Source of the DNA: the human T2T-CHM13v2.0 reference genome, Homo sapiens
DNA: 64,000 bases
Strand: one strand, 5' to 3'
NCBI RefSeq assembly: GCF_009914755.1
Contig: NC_060941.1
Shown here: piece after piece, positions 18,864 through 37,478 of the stretch
Layout: each line of letters opens with the position of its first letter
Position numbering within the stretch: the stretch's first letter is position 1
Notes under the pieces: model-generated
Databases searched by the model: none
The model's input: only the letters and a program-made list of their open reading frames with translations
What the model was told of the DNA's origin: nothing
Made by a program: the position numbers and the translations under genes

Positions 18864-19663
18864 ATATATGACTTATTTATTGCTGCAAAACAAATTATGT
18901 CAAAGATTTGTGGCTCAAACAACAAAAAACTTTTTTTTTTTTTTAAAGACAGAGTCTTACTCTGTCGCCCAGGCTGGAGTACAGTGGCACTATCTCAGCT
19001 CACTGCAACTTCCACCTCCCACGTTCAAGCAATTCTCATGCCTCAGCCTCCCTAGCTGGGACTACAGGCACGCACCAACACACCCAGCGAATTTCTTTTT
19101 GTATTTTTAGTAGAGACGGGGTTTTGCCATGTTGGCCAGGCTGGTCTTGAACTCAGCCTCAAGTGATCTGCCCGTCTTGGCCTCCCAAAGTGCTGGGATT
19201 ACAGGTGTGAGCCACCACGCCAGGTCACAACAATAAACATGTCTATCTCATAGTTTCTGTGGCTGGACAGTTCTAAGTTAGAATTTCTCCTAGGATTCAT
19301 TCAGATGTTGGCTGTGATTGCAGTCATCTGAAGGCTTGAGTCAGGCTAGCAGATCTGCTTCCAAGAGGGCTCACTCATACAAATGGCAAGTTGGTGCTGT
19401 TTATTGTCAGGAGGCTTCATTTTCTTTTCACATGGATCTATCTCCAGGGGTCCTTGAGTGCACGGAAGCTGGCTTTCCCCAGAGGAGGGGATCCAAGATG
19501 CCAAGGCGGAAGTTACAGTCGCCTTTATTATCTAGCCTCAGAAGTCCCACACTGTCACTTCTGCAGTAATCTATTTGTCATACAAATCAGCCCTGATACA
19601 ATGTGGAAGGGGAATACTATGATGTAAAGATCATTCAAGGTTACTTTGGAGGCTACCTTCCAC
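18864..19663 (-). mobile_element. MLT1 (F/H-type) LTR interrupted by an antisense Alu at ~18931-19225
   Basis: MLT1 motifs GCAGTCATCTGAAGGCTTG and CTTCCAAGA...CTCACTCA. Ends CCACA. Confidence 0.75.
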
Positions 19664-20026
19664 ATCATGTTTTTTACCTTTCTAGGTTCCTTTGCTGATA
19701 CTCTTTTCCTCAATAAAGCAACTTACAAAATAGATACATCTTGGGTAGCCAAATCAAGTACACCATACTGAAAACGTCACAGTATCTGGTCAGATTTTTT
19801 AAAATTTCAGTGTAATTTCAGCCAATCATCTGGCTTTCTGTCTTTCGAAAAATGTACGGCTTTCCTGTTGCAAAAAATAAGCAAGTCAGGAATCTCTCAA
19901 GAACAAGGACCGGTCCAAAGGCTGAAAATACAGCATTAATGGAGAAAAGCAGTGTCTGATATTAGTTTTGGCATTCTCTACTCGCCGTTAATAAATTCAT
20001 CTGTTTTTTTTTTTTTTCTGGGATAG

Positions 20027-20367
<341 letters not shown>

Positions 20368-20687
20368 AGAAGACTTTTTTTTTTTTTAAAGCATGGAAAC
20401 AATATAAATATTTAATAACTTTTGTTTTCTGTAAAAAAGCCCAGGCTGCATCCATTCAAAACTTTTATCTTTCAATGTGGAATAAATTACTAAAAGTATA
20501 GGACCAAAATCAATGTTACATTTTAATTAACAAAAGGATGTATTCTTCTCACAGGAACAACCTCAAACTTTATATAGTTCCCCACTATGAGATTATTCCA
20601 AAGACAAAGGACTGCACTTTCCATCTGTGATTTGAAAACAGAGGCATTATGGTGTATGCAAAGTATCAGTTCTAGAATTAGACAAGG

Positions 20688-21078
<391 letters not shown>

Positions 21079-21127
21079 TGATAACCTGTTCAGTCTCCAC
21101 TATCTCAGGTTGACAATTCCACCTACT

Positions 21128-21768
<641 letters not shown>

Positions 21769-22086
21769 TTATATTAATCATCAAGTGCCCTGGGGAACTA
21801 TGACTTCTCAAAGACATCTTATTACATTTTTACCATAGCCAGCACCATACCTTGGGGACTCTGGTAATAATAAAATAATAATAAATATAATTATTGAACA
21901 TTTACTGGCCCATAGTGCTAAGCAATTTACATAGATGATTTTTTTTTAAATTGGTTTCTTGGTATCTTCTAATAGATTATTTGATTTCATCCTCTCCACA
22001 ACCATAGGAGGTCAAATTTGAGCAGACAGGTCTACAGAGGCTTTATCTGCATTATTATAAATTAAACCATTTACAAAAGACAGTGA

Positions 22087-22495
<409 letters not shown>

Positions 22496-22579
22496 AGATA
22501 ATACTATTTCTTGCAGCCCCCAATCAACCTCACCTACTAGCACTTACACCCTAAGTAGTCCCCTCCTCTTGAATAAGGG

Positions 22580-23015
22580 CCAGTCAGAATGTAGCAGAAG
22601 TGACTCGTTGCCTCTTCCAGCCCTAAGCCTTAAGAAGGCCCAACAGCTTCCACTTTTATGCTTTTAGGAGCCCTGAGCTACCATTTGAGAAACTGATGTG
22701 GAGAAACAGATTCCCTGGGAGTATACTGTGAGAGAGAAGGTCTAGCCTTACCAGCATCCAGCTGAGCGCAGCATTCCAAATGTCACTGATAAAGTGTCAG
22801 ACATGTGAGCAAGGCCATCCTGAAGATGCCAGCCCTGACCGCCACCTGACTACAGCTATGTGAGACACACAAATGAGACCAGCAGAACTGAACAGCACAG
22901 CACCCACCAGTCAATCCACACAATCATGAGAAATTAAAAAAAAAAAAAAGATTGTTGTTTTAAGCCACTACATTTTGGAGTGGTTTTTATTAAGCAGCAA
23001 TAGATAACAAAAACA
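22580..23015 (+). mobile_element. MLT1G-like LTR
   Basis: Ends TTGTTGTTTTAAGCCACTA...GCAGCAATAGATAAC. Confidence 0.7.
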
Positions 23016-23249
23016 CTACTAATGTTAATAATGTTAAAGGTTATGGTTGGTTTGGAGTCCTATTAGATAATATTAGGTCAAGAGGCCCAAACATATCAGA
23101 ATCCTACCTTAGACTACAGCCATTACCTCCTCCTTCACCCTCACCAAGGTCTAGAGGGAGAAATCTACACACATGAGACAGTGGAGAAGGTAAATTAAAA
23201 CCACCACCACCAGGGCAGCCAGAACCCTGCTTAGTCAAAATAGACACCA

Positions 23250-23559
23250 GGCTAGGCATGGTGGCTCACGCCTGTAATCCCAACACTTTGGGAGGCCAAG
23301 GCGGGCAGATCACCTGAGGTCAGAGTTCGAGACCAGCCTGGCTAACATGGTGAGACCCCATCTCTACTAAAAATACAAAAATTAGCTGGGCTTTGTGGCA
23401 GGAGCCTGTAATCCCAGCTATTCGTGAGCCTGAGGCACAAGAATTGCTTGAACCTGGGAGGCGGAGGCTGCAGTGAGCCAAGATAGCACCACTGTACTTC
23501 AGCCTGGGCAGAGCAAGACTCCATCTCAAGAAAAAAAAAAGAAGAAAAAAAAAAAAAAA
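23250..23559 (+). mobile_element. AluS
   Basis: Full Alu. Confidence 0.9.
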
Positions 23560-24123
23560 GGACACCCACTGAAACAGGCTGCACCTTCACAGTATGACTA
23601 TCCACCTGGCTATTCCCTCTCTCGAAGCCTGAGAACAGGCCTACGTTAGAGTGTCACTGCAGTATCATGGGGAAGAAGGAAGAAGAGGCCCAAAGGGAGC
23701 CACACCCACGTGCAAGACCTAAGCACATCCTGCATGATGCTGAACACTGGGAAAAAATAGCCCAGTTAATGTCTTAGAATCTGACCAATCAGATTAGCCA
23801 CTTCTCTCATGGAGAGGAGGGAGAACAAGAGGAAGATAAGGAAGAAACTGAAAGTGTCCCCTTTCCTAGACCCTGTACACATTGTCTTTTTTAATCCTCA
23901 TGATAAATCCAAAAGGTAGATATTTTTCTTACCCTAGTATCCATGAGAAGATTAAATATTAGAGAGATTGAGTAACTTTTTCAAGGTTACATAGTAAGTA
24001 TTTGGAATCACAGGGGTGGGTGGGGGGAGTTACCTGGCAAAAATGAGAAGAGATGCCTTTGGAGCATGGCACATTGTAAATTCACTCACATTGTTCCCTC
24101 AGTTGTTTTTTTTGTTAAAGTAA

Positions 24124-24454
<331 letters not shown>

Positions 24455-25360
24455 AGTGCTGTACCATTAGAGGCACCCAAGGAGAGATGGCCCAAAGTCA
24501 GTCTTTTTTGTGGCTTGATTGTAGAACAGGTGGAGGGAAAGTATCTCTTTCCACTTCAGCAGAGAAGTGGCTGCACGCCGGATGTGACTGGTGATAAGAG
24601 TCAGGAAGTAGCCACTCAGAAGTGCACAAGAGGCTTCCCCTACCTCCGTATATCCTTGAGAGATACAGAAGGGACCTGTGGTGTTAATGACCTCCTTGTA
24701 AGGGCTGCTATGGTCCGTAGTATCCAATTGTACTGCCACACTAGACTGGCCTGGAGAAACGTGTGTTACCCAAACATTACATCTCTGACGAAAAACTATA
24801 TTTGTTCCACCCCCACATTCTCCACTCAAGTTCCCAGAAGTTTGCAATTATCCTCAAAAGAAGTTTCCAGACAAGGCTTACTCAGCTTTGGTTTTCAGTG
24901 GGATGAGATTGTTTTGTTTTGTTTTTTCATTTCTTTAAACTTGGCTGACCATTGCCATTCCACCCCCAGATGGTGCGTACAGGCCAGTCATGAACCACAA
25001 ACCTGTTTCCATTCACTCTTCACCTGCTTGTTCTTTTTGCTCCTCTCCCTGGATCTGTGGCTCTACAATCCAGCTGGATCTATACATCTCCCTCTTTTGT
25101 TCCTGTCACCCTCACTACATAACCTGTTGGACCTCTCTTGAGGCCTCTTGGACTTTGATCCTTGCCCAGTTTTCAGCTATACTAACTCCTCTGGCTTGGT
25201 ATCCCATATTGACTAGCTGAAGTTCTCCATACTAAGTTCCAGTATTGCAGAATTGCACCAGCCAACTGGACCTGGGTGGCATGTAATGTCTAAGCCCTAT
25301 GCATTGGGAAAGAAACTCTATCTGGAAAAAACAATGGCAGGGATGAAAGAAGAGTTGCCT

Positions 25361-25662
25361 TTTTTTTTTTTTTTTTTCCCAAGACAGAGTTTCGCTCTTG
25401 TTGTCCAGGCTGGAGTGCAATAGCGAGACCTTGGCTCATTGCAACCTCCGCTTCCTGAGTTTAAGCAATTCTCCCTCCTCAGCCTCCTGAGTAGCTGGGA
25501 TTACAGGCATGTGCCAGCACACCTGGCTAATTTTGTATTTTTAGTAGAGACAGGGTTTCACCATGTTGGTCAGGGTAGTCTCGAGCTCCTGACCTTAGGT
25601 GATCCGCCCACTTCGACCTCCCAAAGTGTTGGGATTACAGGCGTGAGCCACCACGCCTGGCC
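25361..25662 (-). mobile_element. AluS
   Basis: Full Alu with TSD AAGAGTTGC. Confidence 0.9.
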
Positions 25663-25775
25663 AAGAGTTGCTTTTAAACTGTACTTGCTGGCACTACCAG
25701 CAAAATTTTTACCTGCCCGCCTCTGTACTCCTTTCCTCTGACTCCAGGAGATTTGGAAGTATAAGAAAATCTCCT

Positions 25776-26350
25776 TGGTTACAACAACTTTGGAACACTG
25801 TTTGGCAGTATCTACTAAAACTGAACATATGCATATACTTTTACCCAACAATTCTACTCCTAGATACATACCCAACAGAAATGCGCACATATGTTCATCA
25901 AAAGACATGCACAAGAATGTTCATAGAAGGATTACTCATAATAGCTAAAAACTGGAATCTCCAAATGTCCAACAGCAGTAGAATGGATTAAAAATAGCAT
26001 ATTCATACAATAGACTATATAGTAATGAAAAAGAATGAACTGTGTTATACACAACCTGGATGAATCTTACAAACACAATACTCAACAAAAAAAGCCACAC
26101 AAAAAAGCATGCATAATATACATTCCACTTGTATGAAATCTAAAACGGACAAAATGAATCAATGTTATTACAAGTCAGAATAGTGGTTATCATACGGGGA
26201 GTAGTAATCAGGTGGGGGCATCAGACGATTGGGTGCTGGTAATGTTGTGTTTCTTGATCTGGGTACTGATCAGTGCATTCACTTTGCAAAAATTCATCCA
26301 GCTGTATACTTGCAATTCATGTACTTTTCTAAATATGGATATACATGAAT
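25776..26350 (+). mobile_element. L1ME-type 3' end
   Basis: ACTTTGGAA...GTTTGGCAGTATCTACTAAA...CAAGAATGTTCATAG (ORF2 C-terminus and 3' UTR). Confidence 0.8.
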
Positions 26351-27292
26351 AAAGTGAATGACAGAAAGAAAAATGTCCTTGCTTTCTCCTGAAAATGTAG
26401 CTATAAAGGATACCCAAGGTTAGTGACTGAGTAAATGAATTTTCTTGTTTCCCATTTGTCATTCGGGAAAACCTAGCAATGTGTGATTCTTCTGCTGTAA
26501 TGGATACCTGTCCCCTGTACAAGTGGACATCATGATATTTGGTGGGACATGACCAGTGGGATGGTTCACAGCCAACATTATACGGCTCTCCAACTCTTGG
26601 TTCTCAGGTGGACCGGAAGGAACATCACTGTGGGCCTAGCTCTGAGAAGGATCTGGAGGGTGTCCTAAGATGAGTTAACCAGATTGGCTGGATGAGACAG
26701 CTTGCAGGCTGCAGAGCATAGGGCCACAGAAAATTTAAAGGACACTGTCAAGGTCTGAAGATGGAATAGAAGAACAGGGAGAGTATCTTAGAGAACTACT
26801 TCACCAAAAGGGTTAGGCAGAACAGCAGAAGATAGGTACATGACAACAGGATGGAAATGGAGGCCATTGGGACAGAGTGAGTGGTTTTGGAAGAAAATGG
26901 AGCCTGGGAATGAACAATCACAGGCTTTCTATAGGGCTTTTTTTTTTTTTTTAGCCTCTATGGAATGGGCAAGAGCTATAAAAGTTCTGAGCTGCTATAG
27001 ACAAAAGTTCTGTACTGTTTCCACTACTCTCCTTTCTGGGCTGTTTGTTTTGGTGACATTCTCCATTCACATTTTACCTCCAGACTCTCCTTCCAGCTTC
27101 TAGAATTTTGTTTCCTTGAATATTTTTCAGCTCTCTGGCTTCTACAGTTTGGGCCTCCTATTGGGGTGAAAAATTTTATACTTTAGCCAACGACATCCCA
27201 GCCCCAACCCATGACTCCCAACGCCTTATAGGTTAACTATATTCCTCTCCTTCAGTCACCGTCACCCCACCAGGATGGGGATCCTGGATTTA

Positions 27293-27295
<3 letters not shown>

Positions 27296-27339
<44 letters not shown>

Positions 27340-27367
27340 GCAACAGCAGCAGCAGCAGCAGCAGCAG
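27296..27367 (+). repeat. (CAA)14 CAG CAA (CAG)8 compound trinucleotide repeat
   Basis: Counted directly; 24 Gln codons. Confidence 0.95.
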
Positions 27368-27525
27368 CTGGAAACAAGCAAGCCTATTGCTTCAGAATTC
27401 AAGATCATTTCTTTGCTGCTGAAGCCCCTGTACACCTTCTCTGACACTCCATCCCTGCTCTAGTCTGGTCCCTTTTGGACTATGTTATTGTACTTGGCAA
27501 ATCCATGCAAGTTGGCTTGGGAATC

Positions 27526-27838
27526 TTTTTTTTCTTTTTCTTTTTCTTTTTTTTTTGAGACAGTATTTTGCTCTTGTTGCCCAGGCTGGAGTGCAATGGC
27601 ACGATCTTGGCTCACCGCAACCTCCTCCTCCCGGGTTCAAGCAACTCTCCTGCCTCAGCCTCCTGACTAGCTGGGACTACAGGTATCCGCCACCATGCCC
27701 GGCTAATTTTGTATTTTTAGTAGTGACGGGGTTTCTCCATGTTGGTCAGGCTGGTCTCGAACTCCCGATCTCAGGTGATCTGCCCGCCTCAGCCTCCCAA
27801 AGTGCTGGGATTACAGGCATGAGCCATTGCGCCCGGCC
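27526..27838 (-). mobile_element. AluSp-like
   Basis: Full Alu. Confidence 0.9.
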
Positions 27839-28179
27839 AGCTTGGGAGTCTTATAAAGAGATCCCTAGTATGTCTTCCATGTTGGGAATTCCTGCAGGCT
27901 TTAGTTTTTTCTTTAGCCTTTGTTTCTAATCCTGTTGTTTTTCCATATATGTTGGTTCTATACTTTGGCACCCCTCTAGGACAGTAAGGACAACAGGCAC
28001 CCTACCCTGGTTGCTCTAGGATGCCACCCTACTTGGCCATCATTATTTCATTTTATACCATCAGGAGAGGATAATCAGAATTCCTTTGTTTCTATGCTCT
28101 TTCTTGCTGCTTACCTGGCTATTTGATATTCTCTTTCTAAAATGTTGCAAACAGATCTTAGTCAACAGCAGCAATAAAG

Positions 28180-28410
28180 GGTGGTGGAAGTCTGCATTTT
28201 GGAAACCAACAAAATGGAGTTGAAATCCTGCATCTATCTACCACCTATTAGCTAGGAGACTTTGTGCAAGTTACTTAACCTTTCTAAGCCTTAGTTTCCT
28301 CATCTGTAAAACAGGGATCAAGTCTTGAAGGGTTGTTGAGAGGTTTATGTAATATTATGTGAAGATAACATCTGGCCCATATGAGCGACTTAACAAATGC
28401 TGGCTGTTAT
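28180..28410 (+). mobile_element. MIR
   Basis: CAAGTTACTTAACC...AGTTTCCTCATCTGTAAAA core. Confidence 0.7.
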
Positions 28411-28619
28411 TGTTGGGCTCTTTGTTATAAGAACAGTCATTATCTACCTTCCCAGTTACTGAATGGTGTTAAGGAGTCCAGCTGATCTAAAAAAAAAAAA
28501 TGAATGCATTTGCTGAGAAGTACATAAATGAATCCCTCTTTATGAGTGTCAGCCAAGAGAAGCATAAATAGCAAACTCTGCAAAGAAGCACATTCTGATG
28601 TACAGAAGAATGCAATTCA

Positions 28620-28940
<321 letters not shown>

Positions 28941-29800
28941 TTAACACCAAAATTGCATTTCACAATAAAAGGCATAAATATTAAGAAATTGAAATAATAA
29001 AAAGAAAGTCACAGTCCTAGAGTATTGCTGGTCTCAATAAACAGCTTTGGATTGTAGTAGGCCCTAAGAGAAGCTAGTTCCAAGTAGTATATGTTGGATC
29101 TGCCTATATAGAATTCTAGAAGGAGATGGTAGTTATGTTGAATGTGGCAGCAGGCTGAGGGTCTGAGAGCACAAGGCCTCAAAAAGAAACGCAAGGGTTT
29201 AAGCAGCAATAACACAAAGGCCAATTAATCAACAGAAAGCAGGAGTAAATAAATATCAGAGGGCAGAACAAGATAGTGTGACCAAAGTACATGCAAACAG
29301 TCTGCAGGGAGCAGAGCTATTGATCCGTCAAAGAGCTGGCCTCAGAGAGGGTCACAGAAAATGTGGAAGGAGAGGTAGAATTGGAGGGAGAGCAGCAAGG
29401 TACCCAGAGCCAGGAGAGGAGAGCTCGCAGTGCAGAAGCAATATCCTCTCTCAGCTTCAATAGCTATTTATTTCTCTCACTTGGTAAGAATGCATCTGTA
29501 GCGAGCCCGGTCTATAATCTTGCAGGCAATAGTAATTGGATGGATAGGAGTGGGGCTGAGACATTGCAAGGGTCTCAGGAAAAATATTTCAGGACAGTCT
29601 TCACAGGCTTCTTGGATCCAGGTTTACCTGTGTGTCGTTGATAGAAAGAGAGGACTTGATCGGAGCATGGATCTGATGAGTAAATCCCCCATGGGCAGTC
29701 CTCAGGTCCATAGCCTTCCCAGTTAATAAAACAGTAGGATTATCCATGGTCACTTTCTGAAAAAATTATGTGGTGTATCTAGCAGTCTTCCTGGTTATAG

Positions 29801-30191
<391 letters not shown>

Positions 30192-30372
30192 TAACCAGTC
30201 TGAGTCTTGGTTTCCTCACTAGAAAAATGGAGATAATATCTATTGGAAAGAGTTGTTATGAAGGTTAAATGAGATACATCTCACCATGCCTGACACATTG
30301 AAGCTAAGAACACTCAGTAAGTGGTCTTTCTATTTTCTTTCTGCTGATCCTTGATTGAAAGAGCTGTATCTT

Positions 30373-30701
<329 letters not shown>

Positions 30702-30813
30702 TTATTGTGAGGTTCCCTCCATCTAGCAACCTACTTGGACTTTTTAGACACACTTGGCTGCTATCTTGATCCTAGGTGCTCTCTTAAGAACATAGAGAAA
30801 TTTGCAATTATGG

Positions 30814-31898
<1,085 letters not shown>

Positions 31899-33581
31899 CA
31901 GGCACTGAAAAGGGCTCAAGGCCATGAGGGTAATTGACAGTATGACTAGATGATTCATAACCAAGCAATACGTGTGGATGATGATTTGATAAAAAATGAT
32001 CTATCTTCCTAACTCCTCTTAAGTATTATTCCAAAATAATATTTATTTTTTATTCATGATATTCAATTTAAAAATACAGATTTGGCCAAACAAACCTATT
32101 TGCTCTTGCTCAAGAGTGATAAGAGCATTTTCTTAAAATGTGTGGTGATAAAACACGGTATGTGTGGCAGGGGTTCTGGGTTGAGCCTAAGCTGTGTCTG
32201 CACACTGAATTCAAATATGTCGGGCCATCTCATGAGCTGGCCATGATTCTAGCCACAGAAACGGATAATGTGCTTCATGGGATATATAATAATTGGATTC
32301 CTCAGGGCTCATGTGCTGTGCCTAGGGGTGCCTAAAACTGAGACTCCCAGGAAATGGCAATTCATTCAAGTCACCTTTAGTAATAAATGGTTGATTGTAA
32401 AGGTACATATTCATGGAAACCCAGCAAAGGCTGAGCAATCAGGGTCAGGAAGAAAGGGCTAAGAAGGTGGCTATCAATTCAAGGCAGTTCCAAGACCTTA
32501 GCTGTGGGATTTTGTGAATCTTTACTCTTATGTGACTCAGACACTCCCTTTGTGTCTGCCACACTCTGTGCTCACAACAGACTGGCGTTCATACCATCTC
32601 ATCTGTGTCTTTTCTGCATCATAGGTTCTGCTTACTCATAACTAGGCTTACTCATAACCTGACTTTAGCCAAACCTTTGATTCATTCAAGTCCTCTCTTG
32701 ACTTCCCCAGCTTCTCTTGACCCCATAGCCTTTCAACTTTATTTATGCATTTATTTGTTAATTTGAAAATATGCAGCACCTATAATGCACCCCCATGCAC
32801 TTGATTATCTAGTCAGAGAGGCAACAATCAAATAATTACAAAAGTGTTGCAGGTACATTCTGGGGTACTCAGCCCATTTGTTTAAACAAAGCCCTAGGAT
32901 GTGCTGCTGCATGCTCTGTGAACTCGCTGCCTTCAGGAGCAGCAGCAATGAACTGGCCATCCTGTTTAATACCACATGACCTTTCCCTCCCCGCAAAGTC
33001 CAGATACAGCTAATGAAACTACAGATTGGCATTTGACCAAGGACAATTAATACATTGGCTGGCCAGCAACCAGCAGTTTAATTCAAATTAATAAGCTTCC
33101 CTTAGAAGGAAAAAATTACAGCATAACAGACATTATACAGAATGGACCTGTTTATCACAGGGGGATAAATTTTATATTCCAGAGCCATAATCTAAATGTA
33201 GAAGGAATTCATCCATGGAGAACTTTCTCGTTGTGAAAGAGAAAGTTAGAGGGCACTTGTTTGATTCAGGAACTTGAAGCAGGGAGAAGGGCAGAGAGCA
33301 GGGTTGGTTTTGCGTAGAGCACAGGGCTGTGTTTATCACTCAAATGATGGCCAGAGTGAGGCTTAGGGAAACTGTGCCACTTTCTTTGCAGGAAAGTATC
33401 ATAGCTCTAGTTAGGATTAAATCAGTTATAGTTTTCATGCAGTTTGCTTCTCAGGGATTCTCTGGGACAGTCCTTGGTCTGGGCCCAAGTGCATATGTTT
33501 CAACACAGCACTGACACTTATGCCAGACTCCAGGTTGTCATGTTTATCTTAAGCAATTTTCTTTACAAAAAAATTGAATTA

Positions 33582-34123
<542 letters not shown>

Positions 34124-34362
34124 TAGACAAGCCATACAAAGGCATCAAGGCACAACTACAGCACATGACCTTGAGTTCTCCTTCTGGAACCCACAGTTAG
34201 GAGTTTATGTAGAGAAGGTCAGATTCAAAGGCAGCCCCTTACACTGTTGATTGTGGGTTGGCAACAAAGTTGGCATGGCTCAGTTAGCTATAGGTTCTGT
34301 GTCATGTCACTGCCGTGGCTGGAAAGAAGGTGAGGCTCCAGGAGTGTTGAATAGTAACAGCA

Positions 34363-34718
<356 letters not shown>

Positions 34719-35656
34719 TAAAGGGCTGGCAGCTCCTGGGAGTTTGTGTACTCTGCTTTTGGGAATAAAACGTTGGCACGTTTGTTCTGTTGTCCGAAGA
34801 TAGCCTTCATTTTGAAATAGAAACACACAGAGAACTAAGTTTCCTCTGAGACCATCAGGTGGTGTGTCCCAAAGTTGACTTGGAAAGAAGTACTTGGAAA
34901 GAAATACAACAAAGTTGCTTGTGGTTATTGTGGTTTATGCAGACCCAAGTCACAGTCCTGGAACGCCGAAGCAGGAATCCAGAACTACAGATCTGCCAAG
35001 AACAGAACATGGACCAGCAAATTGGATGTATTATTCTTCATTATGAGAGCCCAGGGGTTGAGGAAAGACAAGCATGAAAGATATTTCAGTGTCTGGAAGA
35101 CCTCTAGCTGCTAGAGACCATCCCCTCTTCGTAGGATCCTTAGAGGCTGTCTGGTTCAGCTTTCTCGTGTTACTGGTATAATAAATACCAAGTCCCAGAG
35201 AAACTAGCAAACCTTGCCTACTTCAATTAATGGTTGAAACATGAATAAGACTCGTGGGACAACCTCCTTTTTAAATGAGATCTGGCAGGAAATGATCATG
35301 GTCAGAGCTGAAATGTCTTTTGTGTGAGCATCACATTTACACACATGCTGAGAATCCATGTGTTCAACAGGTCGCCAGCATGTAGCGAGGGTGTTGATAA
35401 AGTCCCAGGTCCTCGGTAATGACTGGTGAATGGTGTCATTTAATCATGGAATTAGGCAAGCCAGAAGCCCCAGTGGCCCTTGATCCCTGCCCAAATCCAG
35501 TCTATCACCAAGTCTTGTCAATACTGCCTCTATCTACTTCTTTTTCTTCAGAACTGGGCTCACTATCATCTTCTCTTGCCTGGGCTTCTGGGACAGTGTT
35601 CTAATGGTCTGCCCACGTTTCCACTGCCTGCAATTTACTTTTCTCACAGCAGCTGA

Positions 35657-35999
<343 letters not shown>

Positions 36000-36009
36000 T
36001 ATTTTTTAA

Positions 36010-36325
36010 TTGTTAATTAATGAACTTTATTTTTAGAGCAGTTTCATAGGTTTACAGAAAACTGAGCACATAGTACAGGGAGTTCCTTTATACCCACTTT
36101 CTATGCCACTCACAGTTCCCCCTATTATTAGCATCTTGAATTAGTGTGGTACATTTCTTACAACTGATAAACCAATATTGATACTTATTATTAACCGAAG
36201 ACTGTTATTATGAACCAAAGCTTACATTATGGTTTAGTCTCCTGTTGTATAATAAATGTATGACATGTATCCACCATTGCAGTATCATACAGGATAGTTT
36301 CGCTGCTCTAAAAATCCCTCATACT
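36010..36325 (-). mobile_element. L1MC-type 3' end
   Basis: ACTTTATTTTTAGAGCAGTTT...GGTTTACAGAAAA pattern. Confidence 0.75.
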
Positions 36326-36366
36326 TCACATCCCTTGCCAGTGATTGTTTCAAAAGTGGATCCTGT

Positions 36367-36650
<284 letters not shown>

Positions 36651-37171
36651 CAAAATGCAGATCTTTATTACAGCAAAACATACCTCCAAAACTGCAGATC
36701 TTCTGTCTCTCCCCTCACTCAGCCTCACCTTGTTCCACTATCTAGCATTCTGTTTCCAACCATACAGGTCTTTTTGTTTCAATCCCTCAAGCCACACTCA
36801 ATTCTGTCTCAGAGTTTTGCTCATGTTGTTTTTTTCTTCATGAAATGTCCCATTCTACCTCCCGGCCCCAACTCCAGGTCTTATCACAGCTGCCTCCTTC
36901 CTAAACTGTGAGCTCCTCACTGGCAAAGCTGTGTTATTGTACCCATGGTACCCAGCACCTAGTGGATGTGTAATAAATGTTTGCTGAATAATATTAATAA
37001 TTAAATTATTAGATGAAGAGAACAACAGCACAGAGTTTCACTTGATTGTGAGGAGCTTGGGAAGGGTACTGAAAGTTTGCAATGACGGCTAGGGGATGAA
37101 AGGGAAGGAAATGCTGATAGGAAAAATGCCTATTCAGTAGGCTGAGAACACAGCTAAAAATCTGTAGAGGC

Positions 37172-37478
37172 GGCCAGGCACATTGCTCAGGCCTGTAGTC
37201 TCAGCACTTTGGGAAGCCAAGGGGAAAGGATTGCTTGATCCCAGGAGTTTGAGACCAGCCTGGACAACATGACAAGACTCTGTCTCTATAAAAAGAAAAA
37301 AGAAAAAAATTTAATTAGCTATGCATGGTGGTGTGCCCCTGTAATCCCAGCTACTTGGGAAGCTGAGGCAGAAGGATGCTTGAGTCCATGAGTTTGAGGC
37401 TACAGTGAGCCATGATCATGCCACTGCACCCCAGCATGGGTAAAAGAGTAAAAGTCTGTCTCAAAAAAGAAAAGAAAA
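37172..37478 (+). mobile_element. AluJ
   Basis: Full Alu with TSD AAA(T/TT)(C/T)TGTAGAGGC. Confidence 0.88.

Noticed and set aside
24515-25141. 208-aa ORF
   Set aside because: Non-ATG start, no recognisable homology and no splice or codon signal.
27262-27447. Poly-Cys ORF
   Set aside because: Antisense reading of the CAA/CAG repeat.
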